Below, piece after piece: positions 1 through 10,600 of a stretch of 64,000 nucleotides of DNA. The position numbers were made by a program, and so were the translations under genes. The stretch is from the human T2T-CHM13v2.0 reference genome, Homo sapiens. Position 1 is the stretch's first letter, and each line of letters starts with the position of its first letter. The notes under the pieces were generated by a model. The model did no database searches, was not told the origin of the DNA, and saw nothing but the letters and a program-made list of their open reading frames with translations. The DNA is taken from assembly GCF_009914755.1 (NCBI RefSeq), contig NC_060934.1; one strand, written 5' to 3'.

Positions 1-149
1 TTCGTATAAAAACTACACAGAATCATTCTCAACAACTACTTTGTGATGTGTGCGTTCAACTCACAGAGGTTAACCTTTCTTTTCATAGAGCAGTTTGGAA
101 ACACTCTGTTTGTAAAGCCTGCAAGTGCTTTTTTGGACTTCATTGAGGC

Positions 150-166
150 CTTCGTTGGAAACGGGA
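150..166 (+). promoter_or_regulatory. CENP-B box (first example; recurs every ~340 bp across the window)
   Basis: CTTCGTTGGAAACGGGA matches the established NTTCGNNNNANNCGGGN motif. B dimers carry CTTCGTTGGAAGCGGGA, which also fits. Confidence 0.97.
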
Positions 167-531
167 TTTCTTCATACAACGCTAGACAGAAGAATTCTCA
201 GTAACTTCTTTGTGTTGTGTGTATTCAACTCACAGAGTTGAACCTTTCTTTAGAGAGAACAGAGTTGAAACACTCTGTTTTTGGAATTTGCAAGTGCAGA
301 TTTCAAGCGATTCTAGGCCTATGGCAGAAAAGAAAATATCTTCGTATAAAAACTACACAGAATCATTCTCAACAACTACTTTGTGATGTGTGCGTTAAAC
401 TCACAGAGTTTAACCTTTCTTTTCGTAGAGCAGTTTGGAAACACTCTGTTTGTAAAGCCTGCAAGTGCTTTTTTGGACTTCATTGAGGCCTTCGTTGGAA
501 ACGGGATTTCTTCATATAATGCTAGACAGAA

Positions 532-1888
532 GAATTCTCAGTCACTTCTTTGTGTTGTGTGTATTCAAGTCACAGAGTTGAACCTTCCTTTAGACAGAGC
601 AGTTTTGAAAAATTCTTTCTGTGGAATTTGCAAGTGGAGATTTCAAGCGATTTGAGGCTAATCTTTGAAATGGAAATATCTTCGTGTAAAAACTACACAG
701 AATCATTCTCAGAAACTGCTTTGTCATCTGTGCGTTCAGTTCACAGAGTTTCACCTTTCTCTTCATAGAGCAGTTTGGAAAGACTCTGTCTGTAAAGTCT
801 GCAAGTGATTAGTTAGACCCCTTTGAGGCCTTCGTTGGAAGCAGGATTTCTCATTTACTGCTAGACAGAAGAATTCTCAGTAAATCCTTTGTGTTGTGTG
901 TATTCAACTCACAGAGTGGAACCTTCCTTTATTCAGAGCAGTTTTGAAACACTCTTTTTGTGGAATTTGCAAGTGGAGATTTCAAGCGATTTGACGCCAA
1001 TCTTAGACATGGAAATATCTTCATATTAAAAGTACACAGAATCATTCGTAGAAACTAGTTTGTGATGTGTGCCTTCAACTCACAGAGTTTAACCTTTCTT
1101 TTCATAGAGCAGTTCGGAAACATTCTATTTGTAAAGTCTGCAAGTGGATATTTGGACCTCTTTGAGGCCTTCGTTGGAAAAGGGATTTCTTCATATAACG
1201 CTAGACAGAAGAATTCTCAGTAACTTCTTTGTGTTGTGTGTATTCAACTCACAGAGTTGAACCTTTCTTTAGAGAGAGCAGAGTTGAAACACTCTTTTTG
1301 TGGAATTTGCTAGTGCAGATTTCAAACGCTTCGAAGACAGTGATAGAAAAGGATATATCTTCGTATTAAAACTAGACAAAATCATTCTCAGAAAACACTT
1401 TGTGATGTGTGTGTTCAACTCACAGAGTTTAACCTTTCTTTAATCGAGCAGTTTGGAAATACACTCTTTGTAAGTCTGCAGGTGGATAATTGGCCCTCTT
1501 TGAGCCCTTCTTTGGAAACGGGATTTCCTCTTATAATGCTAGACAGAAGAATTCTCAGTAACTTCTCTGTGTTGTTTGTATTCAACACACAGATTTGAAC
1601 CTTCCTTTAGAGAGAGCAGATTTGAAACACTCTGTTTTTGGAATTTGCAAGTGCAGATTTCAAGCACTTCTAGGCCTATGGCAGAAAAGGAAATATCTTC
1701 GTATAAAAACTACACAGAATCATTCTCAACAACTACTTTGTGATGTGTGCGTTCAACTCACAGAGTTTAACCTTTCTTTTCATAGAGCAGTTTGGAAACA
1801 CTCTGTTTGTAAAGCCTGCAAGTGCTTTTTTGGACTTCATTGAGGCCTTCGTTGGAAACGGGATTTCTTCATATAATGCTAGACAGAA
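532..1888 (+). repeat. Example canonical 8-mer HOR (dimers B-C-D-A, 1357 bp); 17 such units in the window
   Basis: B dimer (CAGTCACTT, GAGGCTAATC, GTGATTAGTTAGACCCC), C (TAAATCCTT, GACGCCAATC, GTAC at 1032), D (GCTAGTG, CGAAGACAGTGATAG, CTGCAG at 1476), A (CAACACACAGATTTG, CTAGGCCTATGG, GGACTTCATTG). B-anchored ORF copies at 550 and 1907 are 1357 bp apart. Confidence 0.95.
1676..1692 (+). promoter_or_regulatory. pJ-alpha-like (A-box) motif at the position equivalent to the CENP-B box in the alternate monomer (example)
   Basis: CTATGGCAGAAAAGGAA resembles the CTAYGGTGRAAAAGGAA A-box consensus. It lies 171 bp before the CENP-B box at 1847 and is more diverged in the B, C and D dimers. Confidence 0.7.
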
Positions 1889-3585
1889 GAATTCTCAGTC
1901 ACTTCTTTGTGTTGTGTGTATTCAAGTCACAGAGTTGAACCTTCCTTTAGACAGAGCAGTTTTGAAAAATTCTTTCTGTGGAATTTGCAAGTGGAGATTT
2001 CAAGCGATTTGAGGCTAATCTTTGAAATGGAAATATCTTCGTGTAAAAACTACACAGAATCATTCTCAGAAACTGCTTTGTCATCTGTGCGTTCAGTTCA
2101 CAGAGTTTCACCTTTCTCTTCATAGAGCAGTTTGGAAAGACTCTGTCTGTAAAGTCTGCAAGTGATTAGTTAGACCCCTTTAAGGCCTTCGTTGGAAGAG
2201 GGATTTCTCATTTACTGCTAGACAGAAGAATTCTCAGTAAGTCCTTTGTGTTGTGTGTATTCAACTCACAGAGTGGAACCTTCCTTTATTCAGAGCAGTT
2301 TTGAAACACTCTTTTTGTGGAATTTGCAAGTGGAGATTTCAAGCGATTTGACGCCAATCTTAGACATGGAAATATCTTCATATTAAAAGTACACAGAGTC
2401 ATTCGTAGAAACTAGTTTGTGATGTGTGCCTTCAACTCACATAGTTTAACCTTTCTTTTCATAGAGCAGTTGGGAAACACTCTATTTGTAAAGTCTGCAA
2501 GTGGATATTTGGACCTCTTTGAGGCCTTCGTTGGAAACGGGATTTCTTCATATAACGCTAGACAGAAGAATTCTCAGTAACTTCTTTGTGTTGTGTGTAT
2601 TCAACTCACAGAGTTGAACCTTTGTTTAGAGGGAGAAGAGGTGAAACAGTCTTTTTGTGGAATTTGCTAGTGTAGATTTCAAACGCTTCGAAGTCAGTGA
2701 TAGAAAAGGATATATCTTCGTATTAAAAGTAGACAAAATCATTCTCAGAAAACTCTTTGTGATGTGTGTGTTCAACTCACAGAGTTTAACCTTTCTTTAA
2801 TCGAGCAGTTTCGAAATACACTCTTTGTAAGTCTGCAGGTGGATATTTGGCCCTCTTTGAGCCCTTCTTTGGAAACGGGATTTCCTCTTATAATGCTAGA
2901 CAGAAGAATTCTCAGTAACTTCTCTGTGTTGTTTGTATTCAACACACAGATTTGAACCTTCCTTTAGAGAGAGCAGATTTGAAACACTCTGTTTTTGGAA
3001 TTTGCAAGTGCAGATTTCAAGCGCTTCTAGGCCTATGGCAGAAAAGGAAATATCTTCGTATAAAAACTACACAGAATCATTCTCAACAACTACTTTGTGA
3101 TGTGTGCGTTCAACTCACAGAGTTTAACCTTTCTTTTCATAGAGCAGTTTGGAAACACTCTGTTTGTAAAGCCTGCAAGTGCTTTTTTGGACTTCATTGA
3201 GGCCTTCGTTGGAAACGGGATTTCTTCATACAACGCTAGACAGAAGAATTCTCAGTAACTTCTTTGTGTTGTGTGTATTCAACTCACAGAGTTGAACCTT
3301 TCTTTAGAGAGAGCAGAGTTGAAACACTCTGTTTTTGGAATTTGCAAGTGCAGATTTCAAGCGATTCTAGGCCTATGGCAGAAAAGGAAATATCTTCGTA
3401 TAAAAACTACACAGAATCATTCTCAACAACTACTTTGTGATGTGTGCGTTCAACTCACAGAGTTTAACCTTTCTTTTCATAGAGCAGTTTGGAAACACTC
3501 TGTTTGTAAAGCCTGCAAGTGCTTTTTTGGACTTCATTGAGGCCTTCGTTGGAAACGGGATTTCTTCATATAATGCTAGACAGAA
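1889..3585 (+). repeat. Example 10-mer HOR variant (B-C-D-A-A*, ~1697 bp); 11 units in the window
   Basis: B anchors 1907 to 3604 = 1697 bp, with two consecutive A-type dimers (ORFs 2952 and 3271). Others start near 4623, 8696, 12767, 16159, 35498, 44661, 46357, 48052, 55179, 59417. Confidence 0.93.
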
Positions 3586-4604
3586 GAATTCTCAGTCACT
3601 TCTTTGTGCTGTGTGTATTCAAGTCACAGAGTTGAACCTTCCTTTAGACAGAGCAGTTTTGAAAAATTCTTTCTGTGGAGTTTGCAAGTGGAGATTTCAA
3701 GCGATTTGAGACTAATCTTTGAAATGGAAATATCTTCGTGTAAAAACTACACAGAATCATTCTCAGAAACTGCTTTGTCATCTGTGCGTTCAGTTCACAG
3801 AGTTTCACCTTTCTCTTCATAGAGCAGTTTGGAAAGACTCTGTCTGTAAAGTCTGCAAGTGATTAGTTAGACCCCTTTGAGGCCTTCGTTGGAAGCGGGA
3901 TTTCTCATTTACTGCTAGACAGAAGAATTCTCAGTAAATCCTTTGTGTTGTGTGTATTCAACTCACAGAGTGGAACCTTCCTTTATTCAGAGCAGTTTTG
4001 AAAAACACTTTTTGTGGAATTTGCAAGTGGAGATTTCAAGCGATTTGACGCCAATCTTAGACATGGAAATATCTTCATATTAAAAGTACACAGAGTCATT
4101 CGTAGAAACTAGTTTGTGATGTGTGCCTTCAACTCACAGAGTTTAACCTTTCTTTTCATAGAGCAGTTTGGAAACACTCTATTTGTAAAGTCTGCAAGTG
4201 GATATTTGGACCTCTTTGAGGCCTTCGTTGGAAACGGGATTTCTTCATACAACGCTAGACAGAAGAATTCTCAGTAACTTCTTTGTGTTGTGTGTATTCA
4301 ACTCACAGAGTTGAACCTTTCTTTAGAGAGAGCAGAGTTGAAACACTCTGTTTTTGGAATTTGTAACTGCAGATTTCAAGCGATCCAAGGCCTATGGCAG
4401 AAAAGGAAATATCTTCGTATAAAAACTACACAGAATCATTCTCAACAACTACTTTGTAATGTGTGCGTTCAACTCACAGAGTTTAACCTTTCTTTTCATA
4501 GAGCAGTTTGGAAACACTCTGTTTGTAAAGCCTGCAAGTGCTTTTTTGGACTTCATTGAGGCCTTCGTTGGAAACGGGATTTCTTCATATAATGCTAGAC
4601 AGAA
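3586..4604 (+). repeat. Example 6-mer HOR variant (B-C-A*, 1019 bp); 13 units in the window
   Basis: B anchors 3604 to 4623 = 1019 bp, D dimer absent. Others start near 7677, 10391, 15140, 17854, 20230, 23284, 25660, 39908, 43642, 51105, 54160, 61114. Confidence 0.93.
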
Positions 4605-7600
4605 GAATTCTCAGTCACTTCTTTGTGTTGTGTGTATTCAAGTCACAGAGTTGAACCTTCCTTTAGACAGAGCAGTTTTGAAAAATTCTTTCTGTGGAAT
4701 TTGCAAGTGGAGATTTCAAGCGATTTGAGGCTAATCTTTGAAATGGAAATATCTTCGTGTAAAAACTACACAGAATCATTCTCAGAAACTGCTTTGTCAT
4801 CTGTGCGTTCAGTTCACAGAGTTTCACCTTTCTCTTCATAGAGCAGTTTGGAAAGACTCTGTCTGTAAAGTCTGCAAGTGATTAGTTAGACCCCTTTGAG
4901 GCCTTCGTTGGAAGCGGGATTTCTCATTTACTGCTAGACAGAAGAATTCTCAGTAAATCCTTTGTGTTGTGTGTATTCAACTCACAGAGTGGAACCTTCC
5001 TTTATTCAGAGCAGTTTTGAAACACTCTTTTTGTGGAATTTGCAAGTGGAGATTTCAAGCGATTTGACGCCAATCTTAGACATGGAATTATCTTCATATT
5101 AAAAGTACACAGAGTCATTCGTAGAAACTAGTTTGTGATGTGTGCCTTCAACTCACAGAGTTTAACCTTTCTTTTCATAGAGCAGTTGGGAAACACTCTA
5201 TTTGTAAAGTCTGCAAGTGGATATTTGGACCTCTTTGAGGCCTTCGTTGGAAACGGGATTTCTTCATATAACGCTAGACAGAAGAATTCTCAGTAACTTC
5301 TTTGTGTTGTGTGTATTCAACTCACAGAGTTGAACCTTTCTTTAGAGGGAGCAGAGGTGAAACACTCTTTTTGTGGAATTTGCTAGTGTAGATTTCAAAC
5401 GCTTCGAAGTCAGTGATAGAAAAGGATATATCTTCGTATTAAAAGTAGACAAAATCATTCTCAGAAAACTCTTTGTGATGTGTGTGTTCAACTCACAGAG
5501 TTTAACCTTTCTTTAATCGAGCAGTTTCGAAATACACTCTTTGTAAGTCTGCAGGTGGATATTTGGCCCTCTTTGAGCCCTTCTTTGGAAACGGGATTTC
5601 CTCTTATAATGCTAGACAGAAGAATTCTCAGTAACTTCTCTGTGTTGTTTGTATTCAACACACAGATTTGAACCTTCCTTTAGAGAGAGCAGATTTGAAA
5701 CACTCTGTTTTTGGAATTTGCAAGTGCAGATTTCAAGCGCTTCTAGGCCTATGGCAGAAAAGGAAATATCTTCGTATAAAAACTACACAGAATCATTCTC
5801 AACAACTACTTTGTGATGTGTGCGTTCAACTCACAGAGTTTAACCTTTCTTTTCATAGAGCAGTTTGGAAACACTCTGTTTGTAAAGCCTGCAAGTGCTT
5901 TTTTGGACTTCATTGAGGCCTTCGTTGGAAACGGGATTTCTTCATACAACGCTAGACAGAAGAATTCTCAGTAACTTCTTTGTGTTGTGTGTATTCAATT
6001 CACAGAGTTGAACCTTTCTTTAGAGAGAGCAGAGTTGAAACACTCTGTTTTTGGAATTTGCAAGTGCAGATTTCAAGCGATTCTAGGCCTATGGCAGAAA
6101 AGGAAATATCTTCGTATAAAAACTACACAGAATCATTCTCAACAACTACTTTGTGATGTGTGCGTTCAACTCACAGAGTTTAACCTTTCTTTTCATAGAG
6201 CAGTTTGGAAACACTCTGTTTGTAAAGCCTGCAAGTGCTTTTTTGGACTTCATTGAGGCCTTCGTTGGAAACGGGATTTCTTCATATAATGCTAGACAGA
6301 AGAATTCTCAGTCACTTCTTTGTGCTGTGTGTATTCAAGTCACAGAGTTGAACCTTCCTTTAGACAGAGCAGTTTTGAAAAATTCTTTCTGTGGAGTTTG
6401 CAAGTGGAGATTTCAAGCGATTTGAGACTAATCTTTGAAATGGAAATATCTTCGTGTAAAAACTACACAGAATCATTCTCAGAAACTGCTTTGTCATCTG
6501 TGCGTTCAGTTCACAGAGTTTCACCTTTCTCTTCATAGAGCAGTTTGGAAAGACTCTGTCTGTAAAGTCTGCAAGTGATTAGTTAGACCCCTTTGAGGCC
6601 TTCGTTGGAAGCGGGATTTCTCATTTACTGCTAGACAGAAGAATTCTCAGTAAATCCTTTGTGTTGTGTGTATTCAACTCACAGAGTGGAACCTTCCTTT
6701 ATTCAGAGCAGTTTTGAAACACTCTTTTTGTGGAATTTGCAAGTGGAGATTTCAAGCGATTTGACGCCAATCTTAGACATGGAATTATCTTCATATTAAA
6801 AGTACACAGAGTCATTCGTAGAAACTAGTTTGTGATGTGTGCCTTCAACTCACAGAGTTTAACCTTTCTTTTCATAGAGCAGTTGGGAAACACTCTATTT
6901 GTAAAGTCTGCAAGTGGATATTTGGACCTCTTTGAGGCCTTCGTTGGAAACGGGATTTCTTCATATAACGCTAGACAGAAGAATTCTCAGTAACTTCTTT
7001 GTGTTGTGTGTATTCAACTCACAGAGTTGAACCTTTCTTTAGAGGGAGCAGAGGTGAAACACTCTTTTTGTGGAATTTGCTAGTGTAGATTTCAAACGCT
7101 TCGAAGACAGTGATAGAAAAGGATATATCTTCGTATTAAAAGTAGACAAAATCATTCTCAGAAAACTCTTTGTGATGTGTGTGTTCAACTCACAGAGTTT
7201 AACCTTTCTTTAATCGAGCAGTTTGGAAATACACTCTTTGTAAGTCTGCAGGTGGATATTTGGCCCTCTTTGAGCCCTTCGTTGGAAACGGGATTTCCTC
7301 ATATAATGCTAGACAGAAGAATTCTCAGTAACTTCTTTGTGTTGTTTGTATTCAACACACAGATTTGAACCTTCCTTTAGAGAGAGCAGATTTGAAACCC
7401 TCTGTTTTTGGAATTTGCAAGTGCAGATTTCAAGCGCTTCTAGGCATATGGCAGAAAAGGAAATATCTTCGTATAAAAACTACACAGAATCATTCTCAAC
7501 AACTACTTTGTGATGTGTGCGTTCAACTCACAGAGGTTAACCTTTCTTTTCATAGAGCAGTTTGGAAACACTCTGTTTGTAAAGCCTGCAAGTGCTTTTT

Positions 7601-7659
7601 TGGACTTCATTGAGGCCTTCGTTGGAAACGGGATTTCTTCATATAATGCTAGACAGAAG

Positions 7660-10600
7660 AATTCTCAGTCACTTCTTTGTGTTGTGTGTATTCAAGTCAC
7701 AGAGTTGAACCTTCCTTTAGACAGAGCAGTTTTGAAAAATTCTTTCTGTGGAGTTTGCAAGTGGAGATTTCCAGCCATTTGAGGCTAATCTTTGAAATGG
7801 AAATATCTTCGTGTAAAAACTACACAGAATCATTCTCAGAAACTGCTTTGTCATCTGTGCGTTCATTTCACAGAGTTTCACCTTTCTCTTCATAGAGCAG
7901 TTTGGAAAGACTCTGTCTGTAAAGTCTGCAAGTGATTAGTTAGACCCCTTTGAGGCCTTCGTTGGAAGCGGGATTTCTCATTTACTGCTAGACAGAAGAA
8001 TTCTCAGTCAATCCTTTGTGTTGTGTGTATTCAACTCACAGAGTGGAACCTTCCTTTATTCAGAGCAGTTTTGAAAAACACTTTTTGTGGAATTTGCAAG
8101 TGGAGATTTCAAGCGATTTGACGCCAATCTTAGACATGGAAATATCTTCATATTAAAAGTACACAGAGTCATTCGTAGAAACTAGTTTGTGATGTGTGCC
8201 TTCAACTCACAGAGTTTAACCTTTCTTTTCATAGAGCAGTTTGGAAACACTCTATTTGTAAAGTCTGCAAGTGGATATTTGGACCTCTTTGAGGCCTTCG
8301 TTGGAAACGGGATTTCTTCATACAACGCTAGACAGAAGAATTCTCAGTAACTTCTTTGTGTTGTGTGTATTCAACTCACAGAGTTGAACCTTTCTTTAGA
8401 GAGAGCAGAGTTGAAACACTCTGTTTTTGGAATTTGCAAGTGCAGATTTCAAGCGATTCTAGGCCTATGGCAGAAAAGGAAATATCTTCGTATAAAAACT
8501 ACACAGAATCATTCTCAACAACTACTTTGTGATGTGTGCGTTCAACTCACAGAGTTTAACCTTTCTTTTCATAGAGCAGTTTGGAAACACTCTGTTTGTA
8601 AAGCCTGCAAGTGCTTTTTTGGACTTCATTGAGGCCTTCGTTGGAAACGGGATTTCTTCATATAATGCTAGACAGAAGAATTCTCAGTCACTTCTTTGTG
8701 TTGTGTGTATTCAAGTCACAGAGTTGAACCTTCCTTTAGACAGAGCAGTTTTGAAATATTCTTTCTGTGGAATTTGCAAGTGGAGATTTCAAGCGATTTG
8801 AGGCTAATCTTTGAAATGGAAATATCTTCGTGTAAAAACTACACAGAATCATTCTCAGAAACTGCTTTGTCATCTGTGCGTTCAGTTCACAGAGTTTCAC
8901 CTTTCTCTTCATAGAGCAGTTTGGAAAGACTCTGTCTGTAAAGTCTGCAAGTGATTAGTTAGACCCCTTTGAGGCCTTCGTTGGAAGCGGGATTTCTCAT
9001 TTACTGCTAGACAGAAGAATTCTCAGTAAATCCTTTGTGTTGTGTGTATTCAACTCACAGAGTGGAACCTTCCTTTATTCAGAGCAGTTTTGAAACACTC
9101 TTTTTGTGGAATTTGCAAGTGGAGATTTCAAGCGATTTGACGCCAATCTTAGACATGGAAATATCTTCATATTAAAAGTACACAGAGTCATTCGTAGAAA
9201 CTAGTTTGTGATGTGTGCCTTCAACTCACAGAGTTTAACCTTTCTTTTCATAGAGCAGTTGGGAAACACTCTATTTGTAAAGTCTGCAAGTGGATATTTG
9301 GACCTCTTTGAGGCCTTCGTTGGAAACGGGATTTCTTCATATAACGCTAGACAGAAGAATTCTCAGTAACTTCTTTGTGTTGTGTGTATTCAACTCACAG
9401 AGTTGAACCTTTCTTTAGAGGGAGCAGAGGTGAAACACTCTTTGTGGAATTTGCTAGTGTAGATTTCAAACGCTTCGAAGACAGTGATAGAAAAGGATAT
9501 ATCTTCGTATTAAAAGTAGACAAAATCATTCTCAGAAAACTCTTTGTGATGTGTGTGTTCAACTCACAGAGTTTAACCTTTCTTTAATCGAGCAGTTTGG
9601 AAATACACTCTTTGTAAGTCTGCAGGTGGATATTTGGCCCTCTTTGAGCCCTTCTTTGGAAACGGGATTTCCTCTTATAATGCTAGACAGAAGAATTCTC
9701 AGTAACTTCTCTGTGTTGTTTGTATTCAACACACAGATTTGAACCTTCCTTTAGAGAGAGCAGATTTGAAACACTCTGTTTTTGGAATTTGCAAGTGCAG
9801 ATTTCAAGCGCTTCTAGGCCTATGGCAGAAAAGGAAATATCTTCGTATAAAAACTACACAGAATCATTCTCAACAACTACTTTGTGATGTGTGCGTTCAA
9901 CTCACAGAGTTTAACCTTTCTTTTCATAGAGCAGTTTGGAAACACTCTGTTTGTAAAGCCTGCAAGTGCTTTTTTGGACTTCATTGAGGCCTTCGTTGGA
10001 AACGGGATTTCTTCATACAACGCTAGACAGAAGAATTCTCAGTAACTTCTTTGTGTTGTGTGTATTCAACTCACAGAGTTGAACCTTTCTTTAGAGAGAG
10101 CAGAGTTGAAACACTCTGTTTTTGGAATTTGCAAGTGCAGATTTCAAGCGATTTTAGGCCTATGGCAGAAAAGGAAATATCTTCGTATAAAAACTACACA
10201 GAATCATTCTCAACAACTACTTTGTGATCTGTGCGTTCAACTCACAGAGTTTAACCTTTCTTTTCATAGAGCAGTTTGGAAACACTCTGTTTGTAAAGCC
10301 TGCAAGTGCTTTTTTGGACTTCATTGAGGCCTTCGTTGGAAACGGGATTTCTTCATATAATGCTAGACAGAAGAATTCTCAGTCACTTCTTTGTGCTGTG
10401 TGTATTCAAGTCACAGAGTTGAACCTTCCTTTAGACAGAGCAGTTTTGAAAAATTCTTTCTGTGGAGTTTGCAAGTGGAGATTTCAAGCGATTTGAGGCT
10501 AATCTTTGAAATGGAAATATCTTCGTGTAAAAACTACACAGAATCATTCTCAGAAACTGCTTTGTCATCTGTGCGTTCATTTCACAGAGTTTCACCTTTC

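Larger units (their letters stand above)
1889..6620 (+). repeat. Local tandem duplication, period 2716 bp (10-mer + 6-mer)
   Basis: Shared rare variants at offset 2716: GAAGTCAGTG, GTTTCGAAATA (~2810/5526), TGTGCTGTG, GAGACTAATC (~3710/6426). Ends approximate. Confidence 0.8.

Noticed and set aside
310-325. Short palindromes (TAGGCCTA, GAATTC, ACTAGT, TTCGAA) as special structures
   Set aside because: Ordinary short dyads present in every unit; no extended hairpin or terminator can be supported by inspection.
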